From a virus (Duplodnaviria > Caudoviricetes), in the IMG/VR virus record IMGVR_UViG_3300028888_000067, positions 32,001-96,000 of that record: 64,000 bases of DNA. The stretch is one strand, 5' to 3'. Made by a program: the position numbers and the translations under genes. Every line of letters begins with the position of its first letter. Position 1 is the first letter of the stretch. Positions 8,008-18,167 of this stretch are shown here, in pieces. Below the pieces are notes generated by a model. That model searched no databases. It was not told the DNA's origin and saw only the letters and a list, made by a program, of their open reading frames with translations.

Positions 8008-11000
8008 ATGAGCATACCAATCAAAGACATAAACGCAGGCGACACTATGTCTGCAATGGTAGACAAGATAAACTACAACTTCTCTCTTGTTGCGTTGAAA
8101 GGCGGCGGCCCTGCTGGCATACAGGGAATCCAGGGAATAAGAGGCGAACTTGGCCTGCAGGGAGAAACGGGAGACACTGGCCAAGCTGGTTCTGGAATAT
8201 ACAGCTATCCCAATCCAGATCCAGACAACATGCAGCCCGGCGACATCAACATCTATGATGGCGTCATCCAGCAAGTGTACAGCACGCCAGCCGGAAACAC
8301 TTTGCAGACTATAACAGATCTCAACATGTCTCTACAGTCGCCATTTGGCACCAGTGAATATGAGACTATAAACCCAGTGACGAACTTTGTCAGCTATCCC
8401 ATCGTGTTTGGCGTCGGGACTGGGGACCAGTCTAATGCTACTGTGCATAGTGACACATCAAAGTCTTTGCTCAACTTGCGTCGCAATGGCACTGATGATC
8501 TAATCAGATTCTACAGGGCTGGAATGCCAATGACGTCATCTACTTTTTCTGGGCACATAACTGCTGGAACAGATGGTTTCGTTATAGGTTCCGGAACAAC
8601 AGACAACTTGTGTTTGAATGGTCCGGGATCACATTCGATCCGTTTCACTGTGAATGACACTTACCTCAACGGCAGGATTCATGCGATGACTGCTGACCCT
8701 ACATATGATGATTCAGCGTTCATAGTCGCGACAAAGAATTCTGACGGCAAGATAGACAACACTGCCGCTTGGGCGATTGAAGAGTCAAAGCTGTTTCCTG
8801 TCACTGTTGCTTCATCAAAAAGCGCGATTGGCTTGAAAGACAGAGAAAACAACAGGATTGATGAGATTTATCTAAACAAAGATGCTTCTATATTCGTCAA
8901 TTCCCCATCTGATGTTTCTGAGTATGTCACCATAAAAGCAGATGGGTTGAGTGGAACTACGACACAAGACATTCTTGCTTTGTCTAAATATGGCGTCGCA
9001 ATTGGAGGATTGAAAGGAAACAACACATTAGATGATGATTTCATTGAAGATGCATTCTGTGCTAAAATAACTACGCCATTCGACAATGCTATGTATGGCA
9101 CTAAACTGGTAATAAGTTCAAGGACAGCAAAGCAGTCATCTCTCGTCGCGAGTTCTACAATAACAGCAAATCTGAGCAGTTTCACAGCCAATTATGCAGT
9201 GACGACGACGCCAAGCGAGAATGTCGCTGGCAACATACAACTCGCAAGTGGCATCGACAACAACATGTTTGCTCAGAACATGTATGGCAACACAATCTCA
9301 GCTGACAAGAATCGTGACATCTCTGCAGCCGGCAAGAACACGAATGACACTTTGCACATTCATGGTGCAGATGCAGCAGCAGGAACGGGAAATGACGTTG
9401 TGATTACTGGCGGAAACAGCATAAACACTACAAACTACAATTATGTCGGCGGTGATGTTTACATTTCAGGCGGTTCTGCTGTAAAGACAAATTCAGCAAT
9501 TTTGAAATCAGATTTGAGAAGAGCCGGCAATGTCATAATTGGTGTGAATCCCCTCAACCACAAGAACACATTCAACACAAGCAACTACACATCAATCACG
9601 AATGGCGGCAGCAATGAAGGCAAGAACTCATCAATGAACCCGAGTGAAATCGGTTTCTTTGATGTGAACAATGTAGCTATACACGGCAACCAAATTGTGA
9701 TTGACTCTAATGCTAACTTCAGAAAAGCGACAGACGACTATGACCATACTGCTCAGACAACAGCTGATGTGTCACCGTATGTAGACAAACCAGAGAATGC
9801 GACGCTTCAAGTTTCTGGCATCAACACAATGGTGCACAGCAATCCTGTCGTGGTCGAGAAATCTGACGTGTGCTCTTACCAGTTCATGTCAGGCGTGATG
9901 AGAAGAATCATACGTTTCCAGTATATAGACCAATGGGAAGTTACCACAGTAGATCCCGCTATATTCAATGCAAGCAACAAGAATCATTCATATATAGGCG
10001 GAGACTCTAATGGATCTGTGTATTTCATAACGGACCAAGTGTGGCAGAAGGTTGGGAATGTTGTGAACGTGCAAGCTTATGGGCGCTGGGTTGCTAACAA
10101 GCCTGGAGACTCGAACTTGTATCACATAACAGACTACATGTTCTACAAGCCAGGAACTACTAACACAGGATCTCTTTTTTCAACAGTGTGGGTGAAGAAC
10201 AATGCGCCATATTGTGTGAACAGGACATTGGGAATGTTCCTGCTGCAAAAGAGAGACAATCATATAGATTACAAAAAGCTGAGTAATGTCAATGGGAACT
10301 CAAAGCAGCCAATGACCACATTTTCTTTGCCGTTTGTCATAAAGGGGATGCATTCTTCTCACTGTTACGGAAACGGGAACATCTTCACGGAATCTCCTTA
10401 CATAAGCAAGGTGAGCACAGACAATATAATATCGACTATACCTGAACCATATGTGATTCGTGACACAATATCTTCGCAATATAACCCTAATTTAGTCATA
10501 TATAGACGCAGCACGACATTTGACGCTGAGCCAAGTGGTTCAGTCATAGTTTCTAGTCCCGTGACAGTCGGAGCATACTACACAAAAGAAAACTATGACT
10601 ACAATGCTGGATTCGGGACTCCACTGAGTGGAAACGACTATACTGGCGGATATGGAGCTATACACAACAACTCATTCAATTCTACAAGTGGAGCGTATGA
10701 CATGAAATCAATGTCGATAAAAAACACCGATCCAAGATTCACTGCTACAAACACCACTCACACTTGGGACGAAAGCCGTTTCATCAAAACAGAAATAATG
10801 TCTTCGTCTTCAAATGACTTGTGCTTCATTTGTCCAGAAATGATGACTGACTATGGCAATAGAAGTCTGTGGAATCCAACCAGTGGTGACATTTATGTCG
10901 GAAAATATCTAAGACCGTGTGTTGGGCTGTACACTTGGATGTCACTGGACTACAGTTACACGATTGTGCCAGACTTCACAGACAAATTCATCACTTTCTC

Positions 11001-11046
11001 GTATTCATCTTCAGATGTTTCCACACAGTCTACGCGCCCAACATAA
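8008..11046 (+). CDS. Large virion fibre/structural protein with short collagen segment (start corrected to 8008)
   Basis: MSIPIKDINAGDT..KINYNF N-terminus, G-X-Y run, Ser/Thr/Asn/Gly-rich body; late promoter upstream. Confidence 0.65.
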   Translation: MSIPIKDINAGDTMSAMVDKINYNFSLVALKGGGPAGIQGIQGIRGELGLQGETGDTGQAGSGIYSYPNPDPDNMQPGDINIYDGVIQQVYSTPAGNTLQTITDLNMSLQSPFGTSEYETINPVTNFVSYPIVFGVGTGDQSNATVHSDTSKSLLNLRRNGTDDLIRFYRAGMPMTSSTFSGHITAGTDGFVIGSGTTDNLCLNGPGSHSIRFTVNDTYLNGRIHAMTADPTYDDSAFIVATKNSDGKIDNTAAWAIEESKLFPVTVASSKSAIGLKDRENNRIDEIYLNKDASIFVNSPSDVSEYVTIKADGLSGTTTQDILALSKYGVAIGGLKGNNTLDDDFIEDAFCAKITTPFDNAMYGTKLVISSRTAKQSSLVASSTITANLSSFTANYAVTTTPSENVAGNIQLASGIDNNMFAQNMYGNTISADKNRDISAAGKNTNDTLHIHGADAAAGTGNDVVITGGNSINTTNYNYVGGDVYISGGSAVKTNSAILKSDLRRAGNVIIGVNPLNHKNTFNTSNYTSITNGGSNEGKNSSMNPSEIGFFDVNNVAIHGNQIVIDSNANFRKATDDYDHTAQTTADVSPYVDKPENATLQVSGINTMVHSNPVVVEKSDVCSYQFMSGVMRRIIRFQYIDQWEVTTVDPAIFNASNKNHSYIGGDSNGSVYFITDQVWQKVGNVVNVQAYGRWVANKPGDSNLYHITDYMFYKPGTTNTGSLFSTVWVKNNAPYCVNRTLGMFLLQKRDNHIDYKKLSNVNGNSKQPMTTFSLPFVIKGMHSSHCYGNGNIFTESPYISKVSTDNIISTIPEPYVIRDTISSQYNPNLVIYRRSTTFDAEPSGSVIVSSPVTVGAYYTKENYDYNAGFGTPLSGNDYTGGYGAIHNNSFNSTSGAYDMKSMSIKNTDPRFTATNTTHTWDESRFIKTEIMSSSSNDLCFICPEMMTDYGNRSLWNPTSGDIYVGKYLRPCVGLYTWMSLDYSYTIVPDFTDKFITFSYSSSDVSTQSTRPT

Positions 11047-11066
11047 AATTTGACACATAAAATATT

Positions 11067-11297
11067 ATGACTATGAACGAAAAAGACATCAATGTATTGA
11101 GAGAAATTGTCTATGAATATTCTGAAATAGACCAGAAGATGCGCAGCAATGAAGAACTTCTGAAAAAGATATCAGCAGAACAGACTAAACTCATGGAGCG
11201 CCTTGAGAAAAACGAGCTTAAAGAGAAGAAGTTCATGGACAAGATGAGCAAGAAATATCCAGGAATGGGGCTGATGGATTTAGTCAAATACTTATAA
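11067..11297 (+). CDS. Small coiled-coil hypothetical protein
   Basis: Charged heptad pattern; operonic spacing. Confidence 0.6.
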   Translation: MTMNEKDINVLREIVYEYSEIDQKMRSNEELLKKISAEQTKLMERLEKNELKEKKFMDKMSKKYPGMGLMDLVKYL

Positions 11298-11302
11298 TCT
11301 AT

Positions 11303-12100
11303 ATGAAAGAAAAAATAACGAAGATATTTGTCTTCATAAAAGACCACATCTGGTGGTTTGCCGCATTCGTGCTTTTTGCTCTGGTAGCGCTTAACGCACA
11401 CACATGTTCAAGACTGAGTTCCGAAAAAGAAGAGAACCGTCGCCTGAACAACAACATACTTGCGATGAACGACACTCTGGAAAACTACAGAAATGGCAAA
11501 TACCAAGTTGCTGAAATGAGAGCTCTGCAACTGAAGCTGGATGAACTTGCAGACAGCCTTAAGCTTGAACGTTCCAAAAAGCCAGTAACAATCATAAAAT
11601 ATATAGCTAAAGTGTCAGACACTATAGTCATTCCAGCAAAAATCATACACGACACTCTGTACATAAGTGATGAGACTAACATCTCTGATGCGGGCGTGAT
11701 CTATTCACACGAGCATTCTGTATTTGGAAACTCATCACGCACTATAACTATCGAGACTCCTTACTATGTGAACTGTGATGACGGCAAAGTCTATGCTGAC
11801 GGCGAAAGCACCGTGAATCTCGAGCAGAACATCTGGTTCGACAATGTGCTTTACAAAGACAAGAAAGGCTACACTTACGCAAGACTCAAGACTGACTATC
11901 CTGGAATAAACTTCAATTCAGGCACAGCTATACTTGTGTCAGACCCCAAGACAGAAAAAGCCAGCCGCAAGAGTTTCGGACTTGGCTTGGGACTGCAAAT
12001 TGGATATGGAGTGGCATTTCCAGATGGAACATTGAAGATGTCACCTTATGCTGGACTGGGAATCGGACTTCAGTGGAACCCAAAATTCCTGCAGTTCTAA
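11303..12100 (+). CDS. Membrane-anchored coiled-coil protein with C-terminal amphipathic beta-hairpin (spanin-like candidate)
   Basis: N-terminal TM segment, coiled coil, C-terminal FGLGLGLQIGYG...YAGLGIGLQW. Confidence 0.55.
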   Translation: MKEKITKIFVFIKDHIWWFAAFVLFALVALNAHTCSRLSSEKEENRRLNNNILAMNDTLENYRNGKYQVAEMRALQLKLDELADSLKLERSKKPVTIIKYIAKVSDTIVIPAKIIHDTLYISDETNISDAGVIYSHEHSVFGNSSRTITIETPYYVNCDDGKVYADGESTVNLEQNIWFDNVLYKDKKGYTYARLKTDYPGINFNSGTAILVSDPKTEKASRKSFGLGLGLQIGYGVAFPDGTLKMSPYAGLGIGLQWNPKFLQF

Positions 12101-12107
12101 ATCATCT

Positions 12108-12587
12108 TCATAGTTGTTTCAAGTATTCTGTTAAATCAGGCATGTTGTCAAGATACCACTTGACAAACGATTGTCTGCTCTCACAAATGTTTTTCAAATC
12201 AGGTATAAAGTATTTGTAAACTGCTTTTATATTAAACTTTGGATGCATGTAATGTTCTGGAAAGTGATGGCCATATGAGTCACTTGGCACATACATTGGT
12301 TCGTTGCTGCTGTTTAATCTAACAAAACACCATTTGCATTTTATATTTTCTTTTAAAAATATTTTTGTCGCATATTCCAGAGCAATGACGATTCTTATCT
12401 TGTTGTCATCCATTTGCAACAACCAGCCCAACTGAAGATCATCAACACTTTTGATTGTTGATAAATCAAGTTTAACTGGCATAGTAATAGGCATCATGTC
12501 TTCTTTTGCTTTTTCCCATTCTGCATTTGTGACCGGTCTGATCTTCATGCGTTCAGCAACAAAGTCATATGTGTTTAATACTTTCAT
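12108..12587 (-). CDS. Leader-family protein, cargo type B
   Basis: MKVLNTYDFVAERMKIRPVTNAEW; PVKLDLSTIKSVDDLQLGWLL shared with 12965. Confidence 0.85.
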   Translation of the reverse strand: MKVLNTYDFVAERMKIRPVTNAEWEKAKEDMMPITMPVKLDLSTIKSVDDLQLGWLLQMDDNKIRIVIALEYATKIFLKENIKCKWCFVRLNSSNEPMYVPSDSYGHHFPEHYMHPKFNIKAVYKYFIPDLKNICESRQSFVKWYLDNMPDLTEYLKQL

Positions 12588-12588
12588 C

Positions 12589-12963
12589 TCAATCTAAATT
12601 GTATTTTTCATATTCTGGATACTTTTCAAAAAACACGTCAAATTTTCTTTTAGTTATCACTTTATGCCAGAAAGCATATTCATCTTTTGTACGAATCCAT
12701 TCGAATCCACCGTTTGCGGCTGTTGAGTCTGCACGTTTCTGGAACACTGTCACATCGGCTTTGTTTCCCTGTTTCTCTTGTTCCTCTAACATTTTGACGA
12801 CAACACCCATTGGAAAATTTTTTATGGACATTGTCAAATCTTTGTCAGTCAAATCAAATGGATTCTTGTGCAGTTCTTTCATCGCTTGCTCCAATTCTAC
12901 ATTCGTCACTGGCTTGAATTTCATGCGTTCAGAAACGAAATTGTCTGTGTTCATCACTTTCAT
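12589..12963 (-). CDS. Leader-family protein, cargo type A
   Basis: MKVMNTDNFVSERMKFKPVTNVEL; ends YPEYEKYNLD. Confidence 0.85.
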   Translation of the reverse strand: MKVMNTDNFVSERMKFKPVTNVELEQAMKELHKNPFDLTDKDLTMSIKNFPMGVVVKMLEEQEKQGNKADVTVFQKRADSTAANGGFEWIRTKDEYAFWHKVITKRKFDVFFEKYPEYEKYNLD

Positions 12964-12964
12964 T

Positions 12965-13462
12965 TTAATTCAAATATTTTGCTATATACGATGTCTCATC
13001 ATATATGTTGCTGATATACCAGTCAGCAAATGACTTTTCATTTTTACATATGCTTTCCAGATTTCCTATTGTATACTTATATACTGCTGTTATGTCAAAT
13101 ATAGTATTATAAGAAAATCTTTTATAATATTTTGGAAAAGTAGACGCATATAAATCGCTTGACAGAAATCCAGCAATTCCATTCTCTGCCACTTTCACAA
13201 AACACCATTTGCGGTCTATATGGTCATTAAGCTCCACTACATTTTTAGCATATTCCTCTGTGAGAACGACTCTTATGTAGTCATCAGCAGTGCGCAACAA
13301 CCAGCCCAACTGAAGATCATCAACACTTTTGATTGTTGATAAATCAAGTTTCACCGGTGTTATAGATTTTATGTCTTCTTTTACTTTATCCCATTCTGCA
13401 TTCGTGACAGGCCTGATCTTCATGCGTTCAGAAACAAAGTCATATGTGTTTAATACTTTCAT
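12965..13462 (-). CDS. Leader-family protein, cargo type B
   Basis: MKVLNTYDFVSERMKIRPVTNAEW. Confidence 0.85.
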   Translation of the reverse strand: MKVLNTYDFVSERMKIRPVTNAEWDKVKEDIKSITPVKLDLSTIKSVDDLQLGWLLRTADDYIRVVLTEEYAKNVVELNDHIDRKWCFVKVAENGIAGFLSSDLYASTFPKYYKRFSYNTIFDITAVYKYTIGNLESICKNEKSFADWYISNIYDETSYIAKYLN

Positions 13463-13463
13463 C

Positions 13464-13832
13464 TCAATCTAAATTGTATCTTTCATATTCTGGATATTTT
13501 TTGAAAAATATGTCAAATTTGTGATAGTTTATGACATCAGGCCAGAATGTACGTTTTTCATCTGTACGTGACCAGTCAAATAAGCCAGTAATACAGGTCT
13601 GCATTATTTTGAGTAATTTAAGATTTGTTTCACTTCTTTGCTGCTTTGCTATTTCCATCATCCTCACGACAACTCCCATTGGAAAATTTTCGATGTCTCC
13701 AACTAAATCACGTTTAGTCAATCCAAACGGATTCTTGTTCAGTTCTTTCATCGCTTGCTCCCATTCCGCATTCGTCACTGGTCTGATCTTCATGCGTTCA
13801 GAAACGAAATCATATATGTTCAGTATTTTCAT
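13464..13832 (-). CDS. Leader-family protein, cargo type A
   Basis: MKILNIYDFVSERMKIRPVTNAEW; ends YPEYERYNLD. Confidence 0.85.
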   Translation of the reverse strand: MKILNIYDFVSERMKIRPVTNAEWEQAMKELNKNPFGLTKRDLVGDIENFPMGVVVRMMEIAKQQRSETNLKLLKIMQTCITGLFDWSRTDEKRTFWPDVINYHKFDIFFKKYPEYERYNLD

Positions 13833-13842
13833 TTCAATACAA

Positions 13843-13858
13843 TATAAATATATTTATA
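13843..13858. promoter_or_regulatory. Adjacent divergent late promoters
   Basis: TATAAATA (13843-13850) directly followed by TATTTATA (13851-13858). Confidence 0.7.
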
Positions 13859-13871
13859 AAATTATCATAAT

Positions 13872-15359
13872 ATGCATTATATTGACAATTTACGAGAATA
13901 TGAAATGCGTGTTCTGAATGAAAGTCTTTCTCTATCAAGAAGAACTGGCAACAAAGTCGCTGACATGCTTGGCGTTGATGAACGTGCTGGAAAAGAGATT
14001 TTCAAGACTATAAACTCTAATGTAGAAGCACTTGAGAAAATCATAGACAACTACAACAAGAAACACAATGTCAAAGTGAGCAACAGTCCGCTTGAAGTCA
14101 AAATCGACAAAAGCAAGCTTGACCTAGAATATCTTCTTTCTATGACTAAGCTGAAACGCACATCATTCATCAGTGACATAATTGTCGCAAACATTCTAAA
14201 CTACAAGATTCTGATAAGGCCCATAAAGAACGCGAAGATAATCACACTTGCATACAGATATTATCTCGCGATGATCCGTCACACTCTGCAGTCTGCGTTG
14301 GTGATGATCGAAGTGTCAAGCGACTTGTTCTTCTCTCAAATCAACATGAACCTTTCTGGCAAACGCCGCCAGATGAAAGAGATGTCTGAGATGCTCGTGA
14401 ACCAGACAAAGTCAATGATGACGAACTTCTTGATGGGGCAGTCGTTCATAGATGACAAAGGCCGTGTGAAGAAAATTCAAGATGTCGTTGGCGTGAAGCA
14501 AGCTGACCAGATTGCTAAACTTCTCAAGACATTGAAGACGACTAATGACTCCTTCAATGCATATGACCGTTCTATGGGCTACAACCAGAATGTGTTCCAA
14601 GAAAGCGGGAGAACTGTCGAGTCTATGCTGAAGGCAAACCAAGACAAAGAACTGCAGTCCATTGCTGAACAGTTCACTAACATCGCGAACGCGACAACAG
14701 GGCTCACTAAAGACGACAGAGCTGACGCAAGAGAGCAAGTCTCCAACTATGCTGCAGCTGTCAAGCTTTCAACTGAAAGACGAGCAATGGAAGTGTGCCA
14801 GCAGATAAACATGAACATGCTTGACATATTGAAGATATTCTCGATTAGAAACATCGATGGCTTCAGCGAAGCATTTGAAGACGGCAGTGAACTTGAGAAG
14901 AAGATGGATGAGTACGAGCAGGAGCGAGACAGCATGTACAAGAAGCTGAATGACATGGTCCAGCAGAATGAGTCAGAATACCAGAAAAAAATCGACGAGT
15001 TCACGAACAAGTTTTCTGATGAGCAGAAAGAGAAGATTCTTGATGGCTACAAGAAGAAAGGACTTGATGAACTGTGCTCCGAAAAAGAACTGCATGAAGT
15101 CGTATATGACGGCAAAGACCTCAGACACATTCTCGTGCACAAACATCATTTTTCTCCACAGCAAGCATCTGACATTCTTGACAGCAAAGGCAAAGTGCCA
15201 GACTATGACAAAGTGTTCTATGGCGATATGAGAGAATATGCTAAAGAGCACTCTGACATAGACTTCAAAGATGACAAGAAAAAAGATGATGATGACTTGT
15301 ATGCTTGGATGAGAGTGAAAGACAAGAAATACAAGAAAATAAAAGAAGAAAACTATTAA
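13872..15359 (+). CDS. Helical late protein, possible internal head protein
   Basis: 495-aa ORF after a late promoter; N-terminus ends ..VLNE. Confidence 0.7.
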   Translation: MHYIDNLREYEMRVLNESLSLSRRTGNKVADMLGVDERAGKEIFKTINSNVEALEKIIDNYNKKHNVKVSNSPLEVKIDKSKLDLEYLLSMTKLKRTSFISDIIVANILNYKILIRPIKNAKIITLAYRYYLAMIRHTLQSALVMIEVSSDLFFSQINMNLSGKRRQMKEMSEMLVNQTKSMMTNFLMGQSFIDDKGRVKKIQDVVGVKQADQIAKLLKTLKTTNDSFNAYDRSMGYNQNVFQESGRTVESMLKANQDKELQSIAEQFTNIANATTGLTKDDRADAREQVSNYAAAVKLSTERRAMEVCQQINMNMLDILKIFSIRNIDGFSEAFEDGSELEKKMDEYEQERDSMYKKLNDMVQQNESEYQKKIDEFTNKFSDEQKEKILDGYKKKGLDELCSEKELHEVVYDGKDLRHILVHKHHFSPQQASDILDSKGKVPDYDKVFYGDMREYAKEHSDIDFKDDKKKDDDDLYAWMRVKDKKYKKIKEENY

Positions 15360-15373
15360 AATAAAGACAACCT

Positions 15374-16921
15374 ATGAGCCTTAACCTACAGGAACTTGTT
15401 ATATTTAGAGAGGAAGCCGGGAGAGAACTCACTCATCATGAAGTAGACAACAACTTCAAGAAAGTGGCTAATCCTTGGGAAGCAACAAGAGAATATTTTT
15501 CTCAAGATGTCGTGTTTTGGCCAAACGGCAATGGACTTGATGTCTATATGTATGTGAACAATGTGTCTACAATAGCACCGGCAACAGTTGGAGTGAATCC
15601 GCCAAGCAATCTGTTCAATGGGACAGAAGGATGGGTGCAGATTGGTACTGGTGGAGGCGGAGGTGGTGAAGGCCCGCAAGGCCCTCCAGGAGAGCAAGGT
15701 GCTCAAGGCACTCAAGGTGCTCAGGGAACACAAGGCACTCAAGGAACTCAAGGCTATCAAGGACATCAGGGCTATCAGGGCTACCAGGGATATCAGGGCT
15801 ACCAGGGTTATCAAGGTGCTCAGGGAACTCAAGGCCCTAAAGGTGTTGGTGAGCAGGGAGCTGTTGGAGCACCTGGTGCTCCCGGTTACCAAGGATACCA
15901 GGGATACCAGGGCGCTAAAGGCGAAGCTGAAGTGTATGTCGAATCTACGCAAGAGACTTTCAGGATATACCAAGGCGCTCAAGGCGTTGAAGGTGCTCAA
16001 GGCTACCAAGGCTATCAAGGTTACCAGGGCTACCAGGGTTACCAGGGATATCAAGGCTATCAGGGATCACAAGGCATACAAGGCCCTCCTGGTGAGGTGA
16101 CAGTCATAGATCCAACGGGAATGCAAGAATACTATGTAATCCAGGGAACTCAGGGACTACAAGGACTTCAAGGAATTCCTGGTTTTGGAATGCAAGGATA
16201 CCAGGGACTTGCTGGTTCGATGCAGGGAACGACTGGCGCACAAGGCTATCAGGGATTCCAGGGATGGGACGGCTACGGGATGCAGGGAATCCAGGGACCT
16301 GCTGGTTCGATGCAGGGAACAACTGGCGCACAGGGAATCCAAGGAATACAGGGCGGTCTTGGAATCCAGGGCTCAAGAGGATATGATGGCGAAATTGGCT
16401 TGCAGGGAATCACAGGTGGCCAAGGTGATATTGGCATGCAAGGAAGCCAAGGCATCCAGGGATACACAGGTGTCGGCAAGTCGACATATGATGTGTGGTA
16501 TGAATATATCCAGTCGACTACCGGCATCCAGGGAACAGTGCAGATGTTCTTAAGTTCTATGCAGGGAATCCAGGGTCCAAAAGGTGCAGATGGTGGTGGC
16601 TCAGGCGGCGGAGGTTGTGGCTGTGGCTGCGGTTGTGGCTGCAACAATGAATGCAAAGTGAGAGAAACAATAACTCAGTTCATTCCTGCAAATGAAGAGA
16701 CAAGTCTTTCTTTTGAGGACATGTTCTACGAGATATGGAACGACGGCATTGTCGTGTATGTAGATTCTGTATTGCCAGCAAAACTTTCCATAGAAGACAA
16801 CACTCTTACTGTTGAACCTGAAGAAGAGTCAAGATGGTTGAGCGTCTATTATGAGTATTATGACCAGACAATGGGCAACTACATACTTATCGCGCCAAAG
16901 ATTTTCGTACAATCAACATAA
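15374..16921 (+). CDS. Collagen-like fibre protein (G-X-Q triplets, GCGCGCGCGC)
   Basis: R..GRELT..EVDNNF fibre N-terminal motif; long GYQ/GAQ/GTQ/GIQ runs. Confidence 0.85.
   Translation: MSLNLQELVIFREEAGRELTHHEVDNNFKKVANPWEATREYFSQDVVFWPNGNGLDVYMYVNNVSTIAPATVGVNPPSNLFNGTEGWVQIGTGGGGGGEGPQGPPGEQGAQGTQGAQGTQGTQGTQGYQGHQGYQGYQGYQGYQGYQGAQGTQGPKGVGEQGAVGAPGAPGYQGYQGYQGAKGEAEVYVESTQETFRIYQGAQGVEGAQGYQGYQGYQGYQGYQGYQGYQGSQGIQGPPGEVTVIDPTGMQEYYVIQGTQGLQGLQGIPGFGMQGYQGLAGSMQGTTGAQGYQGFQGWDGYGMQGIQGPAGSMQGTTGAQGIQGIQGGLGIQGSRGYDGEIGLQGITGGQGDIGMQGSQGIQGYTGVGKSTYDVWYEYIQSTTGIQGTVQMFLSSMQGIQGPKGADGGGSGGGGCGCGCGCGCNNECKVRETITQFIPANEETSLSFEDMFYEIWNDGIVVYVDSVLPAKLSIEDNTLTVEPEEESRWLSVYYEYYDQTMGNYILIAPKIFVQST
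15672..16590 (+). repeat. Imperfect 9-bp collagen-coding repeats, with an internal duplication of AGSMQGTTGAQG
   Basis: CAAGGCTAT/CAGGGATAC-type units; GCTGGTTCGATGCAGGGAAC at 16211 and 16301. Confidence 0.85.
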
Positions 16922-16928
16922 ATGAATC

Positions 16929-17879
16929 ATGCCTGAGAAAAAAATCATAAACCCATCAGCAAACACAAGCACGCCAGTGTCATCATCGTGTGATGTCACT
17001 TACCATGTAGTCGATGACAGTCTTGACATACAGTTAAGTTTCACTTTTGTGCCGTTTGATTTCCGCAAGTACAAATGGACTTTGTTTGATGACGTCGCAA
17101 GAGACAGGCGACGCTCTTTCATGAACAACCAGAAACTTAACTGGATAAAATGCACATTATACAATTACATTCCATTCGCGTTATGCAGAGCAGAGCAAGA
17201 AGGACTGTACACTAACTTCAATGATGCTTCATTTTCAGAAATAGACTGGAACTTGGACGCATTTGCCCACAACATTGACTTGACTTCATATGCTGAAAAC
17301 CACTTGGACACAGCTGTGTTTGAAACCGGATTGAGAGAGAAAGCTGAAACTATACTTGAGCCAAGTGATTCTTGGTTTGACATAAACCAGATGGGAATGA
17401 CTTACAATTTCTCTTATGGCCTGAATGCTAACAAGTTTTTCAGCATAGTCACGCCGCCTTCATATGAGAGCTTTGACCAGCTTCTACTTGACGTGCATGA
17501 TGGAGACCCGTCAGCTATAGCAGCAACAAAAATCTGGAATGACAATGATAGTGTGTGCAAAGCATATTTGCATATGTCTCTTCCACTTGCTGATGATGGC
17601 GAGCAGCGCACTTACGCAGTCCTGTTTGCTAATCCAGCAACAAGGCAGATAACGACAAAGTTCATACCCGTCACACGGACTGAACCTGAGACGCATACGA
17701 AACTTGTGTATGTGCAGAATTCTATGTCTATAAACGGTGATGAGGGAAAGCTTGCTGTCAGCATATCACAGAGAGACGACACATCACTTGACATGCATAT
17801 AGGCAAAAATACCGGCTCGAGCAACTGGACAGCGATACATCCGAGAATAACTTTCAAGGTCAAAAAAATCGTGGAATAA
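16929..17879 (+). CDS. Hypothetical protein (late/structural context)
   Basis: 316-aa ORF directly after the collagen gene. Confidence 0.7.
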   Translation: MPEKKIINPSANTSTPVSSSCDVTYHVVDDSLDIQLSFTFVPFDFRKYKWTLFDDVARDRRRSFMNNQKLNWIKCTLYNYIPFALCRAEQEGLYTNFNDASFSEIDWNLDAFAHNIDLTSYAENHLDTAVFETGLREKAETILEPSDSWFDINQMGMTYNFSYGLNANKFFSIVTPPSYESFDQLLLDVHDGDPSAIAATKIWNDNDSVCKAYLHMSLPLADDGEQRTYAVLFANPATRQITTKFIPVTRTEPETHTKLVYVQNSMSINGDEGKLAVSISQRDDTSLDMHIGKNTGSSNWTAIHPRITFKVKKIVE

Positions 17880-17894
17880 TTTTATTATTTTGTT

Positions 17895-18167
17895 ATGGAC
17901 AATGTAGAAAGAAACAAGTTCCGTGAACTCATAGAAGCTTTTTCTGATGAAGACATGTATCTTGTTTTAGTGTCATTCATATCAGCTGACACTCTGGTTG
18001 ACCAGAAAAGCTGTGAGAATGCATATGAACTAATTGGTGAAGTGATGTCGGGAATAGAAGAAGCTGACATACCAGAAAAGAAAAAGCAAGAATGGCTTAG
18101 TTATGCGGACAAGTCGAAAAAAATAATAGAACAAGAACTAAACAATTTCAAGAGCAATGAACAATGA
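17895..18167 (+). CDS. Hypothetical protein
   Basis: Co-oriented ORF, operonic spacing. Confidence 0.6.
   Translation: MDNVERNKFRELIEAFSDEDMYLVLVSFISADTLVDQKSCENAYELIGEVMSGIEEADIPEKKKQEWLSYADKSKKIIEQELNNFKSNEQ

Noticed and set aside
7936-8274. ORF-track starts at 7936 (+) and 8274 (-), implying a long bidirectional overlap
   Set aside because: Late promoters at 7977 and 7998 and ATGs at 8008 and 7974 give two non-overlapping divergent genes.
12108-13832. Integron cassette array or diversity-generating retroelement
   Set aside because: Genes are 1 nt apart with no room for attC sites; no integrase or reverse transcriptase in the window; differences between paralogs are not adenine-specific.
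15386-16656. Long alternative-frame and antisense ORFs over the collagen gene
   Set aside because: They are by-products of the 9-bp repeat lacking stops and translate as low-complexity sequence.
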